A DNA stretch of 64,000 nt, from the NCBI RefSeq assembly GCF_009914755.1, contig NC_060934.1; one strand, written 5' to 3'. Below the pieces are notes generated by a model. That model did not search any database. It was not told the DNA's origin and was given only the letters and a program-made list of their open reading frames with translations. Both the position numbers and the translations under genes were made by a program. Below, piece after piece: positions 14,553-30,111 of this stretch (its first letter is position 1; each line of letters begins with the position of its first letter). Origin of the DNA: the human T2T-CHM13v2.0 reference genome, Homo sapiens.

Positions 14553-14895
14553 TTTCGTCTCTTTTCTTTTTTTTTTTTTTTTTTTTTTTTGAGATGGAGT
14601 CTCGCTCTGTCGTCCAGGCTGGAGTGCAGTGCCACAATCTCGGCTCACTCCTGGGCAGTGGCACAATCTCGGCTCACTCGGCTCACTCCTGGGTTCAAAT
14701 GATTCTCCTGCCTCAGCCTCCCAAGTAGCTGGGATTACAGTCGCCCGCCACCACTCCCAGCTAATTTTTGTATTTTTAGTAGAGACGGGGTTTCACTGTG
14801 TTGGCTAGGCTGGTCTCAAATTCCCAGCCTCGTGATCCACCTGCCCCTGCCTCCCAAAGTGCTGGGATTACAGGTGTGAGCCACCTCGCCCAGCC
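14553..14895 (-). mobile_element. AluS with internal rearrangement
   Basis: Antisense dimer; TSD ccttattatctttc. Confidence 0.93.
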
Positions 14896-15148
14896 CCTTA
14901 TTATCTTTCATAACAGCAATGTGCTATTCCATCAATTTAATAAAACAAGTGTACTTAACTGTTTTCTTTTGTTGGGCATTTGGACAATTTCCAGGTTTTC
15001 ATCACTGTGGATCATGCTGCTATATTTTTATATAAACAGCTTTTTTAACTTTTGACCAACATCCTGGGGATGGCTTCCCCAAAATCCCTTTGGATTTTGA
15101 GTTCATGGGAGAAAGGGACTGCACTTGCTGTTTCTTTGACATTGCATA

Positions 15149-15320
<172 letters not shown>

Positions 15321-15323
15321 TGA

Positions 15324-15677
<354 letters not shown>

Positions 15678-16550
15678 TAGGAAAGAAATCTGCTCATCCT
15701 GAGGGCTCTATGCTTGTGCTGACTGATATTGCAGAGGGATAGCCCTGTCTTTCTTACTGTCTTTAAAGAAAGAGATTGGTGATCTTTCTTTAGGAAATAC
15801 CCTAATCCTTAACAGATTTGGCTGCCAGGACACATTGTCCAATGGTGGTTGGAGAAAGACCCTCCCAGGAATTACGGAAAGAAGGACTCCCCAGTACACT
15901 AGGCTGGCTGCCCACACATCAGCTGCAGAGTTTGACGTGAATAGTGCTCCTTGAGAACTGTGCTGGGTCCTTTTATTTCCAAGCAGTGAGTGATGAAGAC
16001 AAGGAGTGGTTCTTCACCCCAGCAAAAAGGGTCCTGGACTGAAAAAGTCAATGGCTTCGGTGCTGAGCCAAGGTCAAGTCTGATTGTGTTTCCAGGAGAT
16101 CAAGAACATTTCATTTTAAGCTATATATATTCAATAAACAGAAAAAGAGGGATTATGTCCTATTAGTGGGACTCCTCACAGGCCCTCAACACTGTAACAA
16201 CTGGTCTGTGGGGGCAGGATGGGCTCTTAGAGTCTCTGCTCTGCCACTTACCAGCTGTGCCTCAATGGGCAAACCACTTGACCTCAATGATTTCCTTGGA
16301 GGCTACACAATGGGGACAATGCTGATGCTAAGGGACTCCACAGAGTTATTGTGAAATTATACAATGTAATATATGCAAAAGTGCTTTGTAAATACTAAGC
16401 AAATGCCAAGGATTTCTGTTACTGGTATTTGGATGATCATCATTGGCTAATTGGAGAACACTTCCTTTGTGCTTCTGAATGGAGGCTGTGACCTATGGCT
16501 TCTCTTTTGAATATCAGGTAACTGAGCTTAACAGCTCAACCTAGTCATAA

Positions 16551-16867
<317 letters not shown>

Positions 16868-17221
16868 AATTGAATGTTATTTTATGTGTAAGACATTGAG
16901 CTTCTGTGGAAAGAGAAGAGAGAGTTACTCACTGTGTGGGAGACTCTTCCTCATCCATTATGTTATTCAATCCTTACCACAACTTTGCATGATAGATATT
17001 ATTATTCCCCTATAACGGAACAGAAATTACTTGGGAAAAGTCACCTCTCTGTACATGCCACAGCCTGGGAACTGAACTCTGTCTGACTACAGGGCCTATG
17101 TTCTCACCTTGATATTTTGTTACGTCTTTGTCCCTAGGACTTCAATGTAGATGGGCAATAGGTCAAGAGACATAGACAGGAGGTACCAGAGGAGGGAGAA
17201 AGGGCAATAATAGCTTACTAT

Positions 17222-17590
17222 ATGCATCAGTTAGCTATTGTGCATAACAAACCACCCCAAAATGTAGTGGCTTAAAATAATATGCTTGTGTTTAGCTCTT
17301 GAGTCTGTGGGTTGATGTAGTGGTTCTTCTGGTCTAGAACAGCTTCACGTGTGCACCTGTGTTCAGCTATTGGTCATCTGTAGGTTGGCTGTGCTTTCTC
17401 ACATATCTAGGGCCTCAGCTGGGACAATGAGGCTGATTCAGCTCTGCCTCACTTAGTCTCTTATCATCCAGCAGGCTAGCCTGGGCATAGTCCCAAGGCA
17501 GAGACAGAATTCCAAGAGAGAGCAGAGTGGGTAAAACCTCTCGGGGCATAGGCTCAGAACTGGCCCACCTGTCACTGCTGGCCAAAGGAG
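17222..17590. mobile_element. MLT1-type (ERVL-MaLR) LTR
   Basis: gcataacaaaccaccccaaaatgtagtggcttaaaa...catccagcaggctagcctgggc...taggctcagaactggc. Confidence 0.8.
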
Positions 17591-17689
17591 GGGGGCAAGG
17601 GTCAGGGGAGCAGGGGAGGCAATATTTCCTGCTGCCCAAAGGGGAAAAAAACTAATATTTCTGTTTAACATGTTTGCCTAATTAAAACA

Positions 17690-17860
17690 TTTAATCCTAA
17701 TAATACCTCCTTGAGATGGAAACTGCTAGTAGTCCCACTTTACAGATGGGGATATTGAGTTACAAAGGGACAAGGCAAATTTTCCCTAAGAAGCACTCTC
17801 TGTTAAGTGGCAGAAAGTTGAGATTACAACCCAGAAGTCACTCTCTTAGCCACTTGTGCA
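17690..17860 (-). mobile_element. MIR
   Basis: tttaatcctaataatacc...cccactttacagatgggga. Confidence 0.65.
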
Positions 17861-18892
17861 TACAGTATTTGCAGCATGATGCTCCCCTGGGGAGGGGCAG
17901 AAACCAAGGCTGCTGAGGGAGATGGGGTAGGTTACACAGCACAGAATGCCTGCCTGTGCCACCCTGATAGGTGTCCAAATTGCCCAGCTTCTGTGACCTC
18001 CTTCTCCTGAGAAGGTGCCGAGGGAAGAAAGGGAAGGGGCCCTGGAGGATGGCATAGCCCAGCCCAGGCCACTGGCCCTTATATCACTGGAAATGCTTGT
18101 TTTGGTGCATTTAATTTTTTAAAAACGTCCCCTGGCTGGGACTTTCCATGTCTGGCTCAGTCAGAGAGCTGTTTGCCTGGGACGAGCTGGGAAGCCTTTG
18201 GACCTCGGAGTCCCCGATTGCCGCCTCAGCTCAGCATTGTCACAAAAATAGCCCTTCTTGGGGAAGGCAGGTACTTCCTCTGGCTGCGTTTCCCCTCTCA
18301 GCCCCGCCTGGCCCTCAGAAGAAAAGAGACACAGAAGCCACTGCACACAGGACTGGGACGTGGCTGGGGAGAGGGCTTTATGGGGACTCAACAGTAACAA
18401 AGGGAGGAAATGAATATGCAGTATTAGTAATTATACTGTACGCGTCCCAATTTGTATTTCAATATGTCATTTCCATAATAAAACTGCTGAAGCGAGTAAC
18501 TAATGACACGGACTCATGTCAGGGAGTTAGGAGAGGAAAGGGGTGACAGGGGCTTTTTTTTTTCCTAATAACAAAATTGCCTTCAGTGAGAAACTCTTTC
18601 ACGGCAGACTGGCTGTTCACAAGGCAGATGTATTTCAGGAGATGAAGCTGCAGCCCAAACCCTTTATGGAAAAGGAGTCAAGGTTGACCGGCCAACTGTT
18701 GGCGCTCCCTGGCTTCCACAACTGTGTGGAGTTATGCTCCGGGGCAGGGACACAGCCTACAGGACCTCGAGGCTGGATAAGAGCAAACTGAGATGTAATT
18801 TGAGCTTTGGAAAGCCCAAAAGCTAAAAGTATGAGCTGGCCAGTCTTATGAATTTGGCTGTCCCATTTAAGGTCCCGAACCTATTATATTTC

Positions 18893-19195
<303 letters not shown>

Positions 19196-19214
19196 CCCGA
19201 ACCTATTATATTTC

Positions 19215-19512
19215 TTTTTTTTTTTTTTTTAGACGGAGTCTCGCTCTGTCGTCCAGGCTGGACTGCAGTGGCGCCATCTCGGCTCACTGCAAGCTCCGCC
19301 TCACAGGTTCTTGCCATTCTTCTGCCTCAGCCTCCCGAGTAGCTGGGACTACAGGCGCCAGCCACCACGCCCGGCTAGTCTTTTGTATTATTTAGTAGAG
19401 ACAGGTTCTCACTGTGTTAGCCAGGATGGTCTGGATCTCCTGACCTCGTGATCCGCCCGCCTCGGCCTCCCAAAGTGCTGGGGATTACAGGAGTGAGCCA
19501 CCGCGCCCGGCC
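19215..19512 (-). mobile_element. AluY
   Basis: gcaagctccgcc, gccattct, gttagccaggatggtc. Confidence 0.93.
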
Positions 19513-20304
19513 TGAACCTATTTTATATTTCTAAGAACCTCCATGCCTTTGCATTTGCTGTTCCTTCCGCTTGGAGTGCCCTTTCTCCTTTCTTTGCCTT
19601 TCTACTTGTTCATTTGTTTGAACTCAGCATTATGGTCACCTTCCTAGAAGCCAGCCCTGGCCACCGGTCCCCAGATTCGGATTCCCTATGTTGGAGAAAT
19701 GTGCTCTGTGCAGGCCCTGGGCTGACGTCTGCAACACTAGCCGCATCACATGGTAATTGCCATTTCACTTCTCCCCTCCCACACTGGGGCAGAGAGCCCC
19801 GCACAGTAGGTCAGAAACTCCAGGCCGGGGCCCTTCTGAGGAAGGGGAGGAGGAGAAACCGCCACAACCTTCTCCATCTCCCGATGATCAAGTCAGATTT
19901 ATCTGGCTTTGCCCAAAGCGCCTTTCTCCACTTATAGATGAAAGAGAGTACAGGAAAAAAAATCACAGAGTAAGTGTCTGGTTATGAAAAAAAATAATAA
20001 TCCCCCCATAACCGTACGGTGCTCTACCAATTACACAGCCCTTTGGGAACCCTATTCCAATGGATTCTCTCTTAACAACACTGTGAGGTAAGCAAGCAGG
20101 AATTATAGTTCTTTTCATGTCACAGAGAAGAAAGCCAAGACTCCAAGAATAAGTGACCTGTTCAAGGTCACATGGTGCAGATGTGTGTTTGGAGCTGAGA
20201 CCTGAACTCTGGTCTCCAATTCCAACTCCAGGGCTTTTCCTACTGACTTGGAAGGTGTTGTGATGGTTTCATAAAGCATACCAGTCATCAGGCTGAGATG
20301 TTAT

Positions 20305-20613
20305 TTTTTTTAAAATTATTTTGATTTTTATTTTGATACAAAGTCTCACTTTGTCGCCCAGGCTGGAGTGCAGTGGTGTGATCTCGGCTCACTGCAACCT
20401 CCGCCTCCTGGGTTCAAGTGATTCTTGTGCCTCAGCCTCCTGAGTAGCTGGGACTACAGGCGTGCACCACCACACCCAGCTAATTTTTGTATTTTTAGTA
20501 GAGACGGGGTTTCACCATGTTGGCCAGGCTGGTCTCAAACTCCTGACCTTGTGGTCTGCCCAACTTGGCCTCCCAAAGTGCTGGGATTACAGGCATGAGC
20601 CACCATGCCTGGC
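20305..20613 (-). mobile_element. AluS
   Basis: TSD aggctgagatgttatt on both sides. Confidence 0.94.
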
Positions 20614-20696
20614 CAGGCTGAGATGTTATTATGGCTCTGCAACTAGAGGGCTTGGGTTACCTTTAGCTGAGATTTTTGTCTTTTCTTGTTTTTTGG

Positions 20697-20921
20697 GTTT
20701 TCTTTTCTTTTTTTTTTTTTTTTTTTTTGAGATAGTGTCTTGCTCTGTCACCCAGGCTGGAGTGCAGTGGCCTGATTTCGGCTCACAGCATCCCCTGCCT
20801 CCTGGGTTTGAGCAATTCTCCTGCCTCAGCCTCCTAAGTAGCTGGGATTACAAGTGCTGCCACCATGCCTGGCTAATTTTTTTATTTTTAGTAGAGACGG
20901 GGTTTCACCATGTTGGTCAGG
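20697..20921 (-). mobile_element. AluS, 5'-truncated
   Basis: Antisense Alu stops at catgttggtcagg. Confidence 0.9.
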
Positions 20922-20969
20922 TTATTTATTTTTTGTAAAGAGAATGCACACATGGGAAGATATGAGCCG

Positions 20970-21055
20970 TGCAAAGGGGCATAGACTGTGTCTGTCTTGT
21001 CCACTAATGTATCCCCAGTGCCTAAAACAGTACCTGACAAATTGTGACTCAATAA
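20970..21055 (+). mobile_element. L2 3' end fragment
   Basis: tgtctgtcttgtccactaatgtatccccagtgcctaaaacagtacctgac...ctcaataa. Confidence 0.7.
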
Positions 21056-21639
21056 CAATGAGACACCTTTTGTTTATTGATTCATGTCAATAATTGTGAC
21101 TCAATGAACAAAGGTGTCTCTCTCTCTCACTCCTGGACTCCCACCACCCTGCCACCTGGTTTCTTGGGTATCCTTCCGGAGATATTCTCCACATGCACAA
21201 GCATATCTGCCAGTACAGTCTGTGATTTAGATACAGCCCTTTACCACCTCCCTCCCTCCTGCTATCCCCATGAGGACCGACCACGCTTTGAGGGTGGGAG
21301 ATAACAGCCCACTCATGAACTCCTCTGCTGGTCATCCCACAAGCAGTAGAATCAAGTGCGAAGAATCCTGGCTGAGTCAGGAATGGGGACCTGGGGGCTT
21401 TGGAGAGCTCCTCTTGGTGAGCTGCAACGAGGATGGACCCAGACAGAAGATAGACGGGAAACCCTTCAGAAGGTGGATGCAACCGTTAAGGGGCAAGAAA
21501 AGGAGGGTCCCAATAAAGCTGATGGTTTTGGAGATGGAGCAGACAAGTTGTTTTGGAAGACGATGTGGAGACCTTGAGAATGCTCTTTCTAAAAATGTAA
21601 TGCAGAACAGAAGAAAAGATGGAGCTGAGGGAAGAGTTT

Positions 21640-21950
21640 GTTGTTTGTTTGTTGGTTTATTTGTTTGTTTTGAGCTGGGTCGCATCCTGTTACCCAGGCT
21701 GGAGTGGAGTAGGGAAATCATAGCTCACTGCAGCCTTGAACTCCTGGGCTCAAGTGATCCTCCCACCTCAGCCTCCCATGTAGCTGGGACTCCAGGTGCA
21801 CATCACACCTGGCTAATTTTTTTTTTTTTTTAATAGGGAAGAGGTCTTGCTATGTTGCCCAGCCTAGTCTCAAACTCCTGAACTCAAGCAATCCTCCCAC
21901 TTCGGCCTCCCAAAGTGTTGGGATTACAGACATGAACCACCACACCCAGC
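21640..21950 (-). mobile_element. AluJ with (TTTG)n tail
   Basis: Antisense dimer; flanking repeat aagagttt(t)gtt. Confidence 0.92.
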
Positions 21951-21981
21951 CAAGAGTTTTGTTATTTGCTTGTTGGTTGAT

Positions 21982-22087
21982 CTTGAACCCAGGAGGCGGA
22001 GGTTGCAGTGAGCCAAGATCACACCACTGCACTCCAGCCGGGGTGACAGAGCGAGACTCCGTCTCAAAAAATAAATAAATAAAATAA
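21982..22087 (+). mobile_element. Alu 3' fragment
   Basis: cttgaacccaggaggcggaggttgcagtgagc plus tail. Confidence 0.9.
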
Positions 22088-22095
22088 TGATTTTA

Positions 22096-22456
<361 letters not shown>

Positions 22457-22664
22457 CTATTCAAAAGAATGGGAAGAACACAAAGATACATACATATATG
22501 AATATATTAAAAAATGTATTTTTATGTAGGGAAACAAATCATAATGTATACTGTATTATTTTCTGTGTCTAAAAAAGTGTACATCTATAAAATCCCATAT
22601 GTCTATGTTTGCATAGATGGAAACATTAATTAATTAATTAAAGTTAAAATTATTAAAATCCCAG

Positions 22665-22783
22665 AGATTGTGGTGAGTGCATGTAATCCCAGCTACCCAA
22701 AAGGCTGAGGCGGGAAGATTGTTTTAGCCCAGGAGTTTGAGGCTCGCCTGGGCAACATAGTGAGACCTTATCTCTAAAAAAAA
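22665..22783 (+). mobile_element. Alu monomer (FLAM-like)
   Basis: tgtaatcccagctac...gcccaggagtttgagg...ctgggcaacatagtgagacc. Confidence 0.8.
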
Positions 22784-23519
22784 TTTTTTTAAAAATGTTT
22801 GCATAGCTAAATGCAAACATAGAAGGAAAAATCCAGAAGGATTGTAGTGCATGTATGGGGGTATAACAGAATGAATGTGAATTATACTTTTTACACTATC
22901 TTATATACTTCTGTGTTATTTCAAATGTTTTTATGTGTAAAGATAAACTTTTTAGTTTTGAAAAAGAAGCCAGAGACCATGGCTGGTCTCAGAGCCCCTC
23001 TCCCAGAAGGATGAAGTTCCAAGGCCTTTGAAGGCCACTTCTGGTCCTGGTTAGGACAGACATTCCAAATCTAGTCAGGGCCTAAAAGCTTCTCTTCTGT
23101 GGAAATAAAGCAAGCCTGCTGGCTTTGAAAACTGATAACACTGTACCTGAAGATAAGCCCAAAGCCCCCAGGAAGGCTGGAGTGGGTGGGAGGGCTGGGG
23201 GCGCTGCAAGAAACCACATTGTTGATAGTGTCACCCAGGTCCCGGCTCCAGGAAGCAACAATGAAAAGATATTGGCAACTTTGACATGGGGGAAATTGCT
23301 TTCTTCTGTAGGAAAGAAGAGTTCTGTTTTGCGGACAAAAAGCCACTTGCCCTGACAAAATGCTTAATTAGGAGATAAGCCAGGGAGCAGTAGGAGGGGT
23401 GTCATTTTCCAGGGGTCCTGGGGAGCGTGTGTGTACACAGATGCTGTCCTCCGCATCCTGTGGTCAGGGCTGATCAGGGCTTCGCGGGCCGCTGAAGAAG
23501 CAGTGTGTGGGCTATTACG

Positions 23520-23990
23520 GTCAGGGCTCTCCTGGCCCCTGGACAAGTCATCGAATCTGTCAGGACCTTAGTTTACTCATCTGTAAACTGGAGACCGTAA
23601 TCCTCACCTCACCAGGGGTGGAGAGGATTAAGCGAGACTGCATTTCAAGTTCTCAGCACAGTGCCAGGCACCTAGTCCCTGCTCAGTGACTAGTGGCAGA
23701 TATCACTGTGATTATTACAAAGGCAATTCCACACATTGGTAAGGACATGGGCTCTAGGGTCAGACCACCCTGGTAAGATTCTCAGCTCCCTCACTGACTA
23801 GCTATGGAATTCGGGCAATCACTTGACCTCTACATGCCTTAGTTTACTTATCAGTAAAATAGGGATAATGCTAGTACTTACCTGGTAGAGTTGTTGCTAA
23901 GATTAAATGAGCTAATGTTTGTTCAGTGATATGTGTCTGGCCCAAAGCGGTCAGGACTTGGCACATGTTAGCTGATACTATCGATAACAA
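23520..23990 (+). mobile_element. Two adjacent MIR copies
   Basis: ccttagtttactcatctgtaaa near 23570 and gccttagtttacttatcagtaaaataggg near 23840. Confidence 0.75.
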
Positions 23991-24640
23991 TGGTGGTAGC
24001 CACAAGGCAAGTATGTCCTGAGGGCTTGAAGTCTTCTTTCCCATCACGCATTCTTTCACTGTCCAATCCTGTTGGGTTGAAAGCGATATGGAACAGGATT
24101 CCCTTCTTCCTCCTGCCCAGACAGATAAAATAAAGAAGGAAGAGGTTTCATTCCATGTCCCAGATGCCCCTGCTGGAAAGTTGAGGCCCAAGATTCTCAT
24201 CTCCCTTGTTTCAAGACCCATGCTGTTTTCTCTCAATGTGGCTCCAAGGCACTGGCCTGATAGTCAGTGATGTGGACTGAGTGCCACTTGCCTGTAGCTT
24301 TGGATAAGCTCCACAAGAGAGAAGGTGGCAAGTGCAGGGATTCCTAATTGGAATTTGAAACCTGAGATGGTCTAGTGGGCACCGCCACCACTGAGGGTGG
24401 TGAACCTGGAAGTCTGAGAAGAGATGACCTGGGTCTGTCCCTAGGGGTTGGCACTGCTTAGATTTGGGCTCAGCAGTTTTTAGTGGAATCATTTCTTCCC
24501 AAAAGGGGCAGGGAGTAAAGTACTCCTTGCAAATCATCTTCTACTGAGGCAGTGGTAGTTGAGGGACACCCAATCTCTTAGTGCCAGATGCAGATGTTAC
24601 AGAGGGATGATCCACTAAAGGGGCTACACGACCCTTCTCA

Positions 24641-24997
<357 letters not shown>

Positions 24998-25089
24998 TCA
25001 TCCGCATAAACCTTTATGCATATGTTAAGAGCAAATCACAAATTAATTGGCAGCTTCTTGAAAATTAGAATGACACTCAAGTGATGAAG

Positions 25090-25510
25090 ACAGTGTGTGT
25101 GTTGGGGAGAAGGGATAAGAAGTGGACATCTTCATACATAGCTGATGGGAGCAAATAAACTCCAGGACAATTGGATAAAACCTTTCTCTAACCTCAACAA
25201 TGTACAAATGTCTATCCAGCTATTCTCTTCCAGGGAGGTTTCCTAAGGAAATAATTAAGGATGAGGGCAAAGATTTTGCTATAGAATATTTATTGGAACA
25301 TTGTTTACAGCAGCAAAAAATATTTGGAAACAATTTAATTGTCCACCATTGGGAGACTAGTTAAATTAATTATGGTGCAGCCATACAATGGAATATTGTG
25401 CAGCCATTAAGATATCATAAAAGCATACTTATTGACCTGGAAAGATGTTCAAGATTCATTACTGAGTGGAAAAAAAAGAGGTTACAAAACTGTCTGTATG
25501 GTATATAATT
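25090..25510 (+). mobile_element. L1ME-like 3' fragment
   Basis: aaattaattatggtgcagccatacaatggaatattgtgcagccattaa. Confidence 0.7.
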
Positions 25511-25775
25511 TGCAAGAAAAAAATATACATACATGCACACTTTGTAGGTAGGGAGAGCATTTTTTTACAGAGGACTTTGCTAGGGGAACATGTAATACGG
25601 GGCCTTATGCAGAATGTTTCTGTATTATGGCAATATAGCTTTTTCACATAACATGTTTTTACTTTACCCGGAAGGCTGGGGGGAGGTACAAACCAAGGAG
25701 TCTAAGTGGGAAAATAGGTGTTTGTGTGTATATATCCACCAAAAATGTTATCACTAGCAACTGGGATTTTGATAA

Positions 25776-26102
<327 letters not shown>

Positions 26103-26626
26103 TATTATCTAATTTTTTCATCTTTGTATTTCTGTAATGATTATTTACTTATTTTGAAATTTTTTAAGTCTTTTTTTTTTGAAGACTAACGGAAATCTAG
26201 ATGGCCAGAGTTCTATGAGACTTGAAAGGGAGGAGAGGGGAGTGGAGAGAGCACTAAACTCCAGTTGCCTCAGAATCTCATCTGCAGCCCCTCAGGGACC
26301 GATGCCCCTGACATTTCCAGACTCTCTTAGACACATGCCACCAATTGCCAGGCCTTCTTTTCCGTGGTCACATCTCCTTGGGATGATGGTGCAGACAAGT
26401 ACCATGTGCTAGATTCTGTTTCTGGGCAGACACTGGGTCTCTGCCACGTGGCCACCTCATTTTTGGTTAGGCCTGGAAAAGAGAAAAAAACAAGGGAAAC
26501 CAAAACCACTGCTGCACCGGAAAAATGTGAATGGGAACCAGGGGGGATAGCTCCAGGCCCCAGTACACAAGAAAGAGAGAACTTCAACCGAAGACAACAG
26601 TGTGCAGAAAAGAGAGTTCCTGCCTC

Positions 26627-26658
26627 GTGTGTATGTGTGTGTGTGTGTGTGTGTGTGT
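26627..26658. repeat. (TG)n microsatellite, one interruption
   Basis: Seen directly. Confidence 0.92.
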
Positions 26659-27302
26659 TTTAGCTGCAGCCAATATTTTATGAAAATGCCATTAAGGTGA
26701 ATATAAGCAAATATAAAAATAAGTAAATAAGAAGTAAATTAAACATACAGTGATAACTATTAGAATATAAGAAAGTTATACTGAATAAGTATATTATACC
26801 AAACATTTGTGTTAGAGGAACTCTATACAACGCTAATGCATTTTTTTTCTTTTTAAAAATTTATATCACGGTAAGATAACTGTAGCTTGTTTTGGGGTAA
26901 GAGGCTACCCATGTTGAAGTAGAATAAGGTATATTTTGACGCATACATATATATATTCAGCACCTATGAATGGAGGACATAGTTGTACCTTCCAAGGGTA
27001 ATTCTGAATCCTTCTCTCTTTTTATTCCTTGCCCTATTTTTAAGTAATCTTTTTATTTTTATATAATTGTGGATCTTGTCTACCCTTTACCCAGTTCTCT
27101 AATCCTGCAAAGCTATCATACAATACCACAACTAGGATATTGACACTTCGTACAGTTAAGATACAGAATATTTCCATCACAAGGATTCCTCATGTTGACC
27201 TTTTATAGGCACACCTACTTCTTCTCTTCTGCATCCATCCCCTCTTTAATGCCTGACAGACACTAATCTGGTCTTAATCTCTATAATTTTGTCATTTCTT
27301 TT

Positions 27303-27862
27303 CTTTTTTTTTTTTACTTTAAGTTCTGAGATACACGTGCAGAACGTGCAGGTTTGTTACATAAGTATACATGTGCCATGGTGGTTTGCTGCAGCTATCA
27401 ACTCATCATCTAGGTTCTAAACCCAGCATACATTAGGTATTTGTCCTAATGCTCTCCCTCCCCTTGCCCCCCACCCCTGACAGGCCCCAGTATGTGTTGT
27501 TCCCCTCCCTGTGTCCATGTGTTCTCATTGTTCAACTCCCACTTTTGCGTGAGAACATACAGTGTTTGGTTTTCTGTTCCTGTGTTAGTTTGCTGAGAAT
27601 GCTGGCTTCCAGCTTCATCCATGTCCCTGCAAAGGACATGAACTCATTCTGTTTTATGGCTGCATAGTATTTCAGGGTGTGTATGTGCCACATTTTATTG
27701 AGCCAGTCTATCATTGATGGGCATTTGGGTTGGTTCCAAGTCTTTGCTATTGTAAATAGTGCTGCAATAAACATATGTGTGCATGTGTCTTTATAGTAGA
27801 ATGATTTATAATCCTTTGGGTATATACCCTGTAATGGGATTGCTGAGTCAGATGGTATTTCT
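27303..27862 (-). mobile_element. L1PA 3' end, 5'-truncated
   Basis: tactttaagttctg...gtgcagaacgtgcaggtttgttacata; ORF 27532-27774 MFIAALFTIAKTWNQPKCPS is the L1 ORF2p C-terminus. Confidence 0.95.
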
Positions 27863-28211
27863 GATTATATAGAAATGGAATCATGTAGTGTGTAACCTTT
27901 TGGGATTAGCTTTTTCTTTTCAGTACAATTCCTTTGAGATTCATCCAAAAGGTTGTTTGTTTCAGTATTTCATTCCTTTTTAGTGCTGACTAGTATCTCA
28001 TGGTATGGATGTACCAGTTCGTTTAACCATTCACCTGTTGAAGGACATCTGGGTTGTTTCCAGTTTTTGGCCATTACAGATAAAGCCACTGTAAACGTTC
28101 ATTTACAGATTTTTGTATGAACACAAGTTTTTCTTCCTCTTGGTTAAATGGCCTAAACTACAATTGCCAGGTCATGTAATTGTTGGATATTTAGTTTTTA
28201 AAGAAACTGCT

Positions 28212-28510
28212 GGCTGGGCGTGGTGGCTCATGCCTGTATCCCAGCACTTTGGGAGGCGGAGGCGGGTAGATCACGAGGTCAGGAGATCAAGACCATCCTG
28301 GCTAACACGGAGAAACCCCGTCTCTACTAAAAATACAAAAAAAAAAAAAAAAATAGCCGGGTGTGGTGGCGGGCGCCTTTAGTCCCAGCTACTCGGGAGG
28401 CTGAGGCAGGAGAATGGCGTAAACCCGGGAGGTGCAGCTTGCCGTGAGCCAACCGCGCCACTGCACTCTGGCCTGGGTGACAGAGCGAGACTCCGTCTCA
28501 GAAAAAAAAA
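28212..28510 (+). mobile_element. AluY in L1
   Basis: Y diagnostics; TSD aaagaaactgc. Confidence 0.94.
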
Positions 28511-29452
28511 GAAACTGCCAAACTGTTTTACCAAGTGACTGTACCATTTTACATTCCTACCAGCAGTGTATGAAGGATTCCATTTCCCCACATCCTTATC
28601 AGCATTTGATGTCACTTTGCTTTATTTTAGCTATTTTGATAGGCTTATGATGGCTATCTCACTGTGGTTTTAATTTGTGTTGAACATCTTTTCATGCGTT
28701 TATTTGCCATCTGTATACCTTCTTTTGTGAAATGTTTCGTGACATCTTTTGCCTATATGCTAGTTGGATTGTTTGCTTTTTTTCAACTGTTGAAGTTAGA
28801 GAGATTTTTATACATTCCAGATACTAGTCCTTTGTCAGATATGTGGTTTGCAAATATTTTCTCCCAGTCTGTAGCTGGTCTTTTCATCCTCTTAACAGGA
28901 TCTTTCATACAGGAAATACTTTTAATTTTGATGGAACTCAATTTATCAGTTTTTCCTTTCAGGAATCATGCTTTTTATGTCGTCTATGAACTCTTTGCCT
29001 AGCCCTAGATCCTAAAAGTTTTCTCCTATATTTGTTTCTAGAAGTTTTATATTTTATGTTTTACCTATAAGTCAATGATCCATTTGAGTTAATTTTTATA
29101 AAATGTATGAGACTTAAGTTGAGGTTCTCTCTCTCTCTCTTTTTTTTTTCCTATAATGCCCAATTGCTCCAGCACCATTTATTGAAAAAGCTATCCTGGG
29201 AGGGCCAGTTGCATTTTAAAAGGTATTTTTATACTTTTAGAGAACCCCTAGAATTTCTGTATATATACCGAAGTTTTAAAGAAAAGTCTATCTTTCCTCC
29301 ATTGAATTGCATTTGCACCTTTGTCAAAAATCAGTTGAGCATATTTGTTGGTCTATTTCTAGATTCTTTACTGTCTTATTAATCTACGTGTCTATTCATA
29401 TGCCAATACCACACAGTTTTGATTACTCTGTGTGTGTGCATAAATCTACTTG

Positions 29453-30111
<659 letters not shown>

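Noticed and set aside
27532-27774. ORF resembling a real protein
   Set aside because: C-terminus of L1 ORF2p in a 5'-truncated L1PA.
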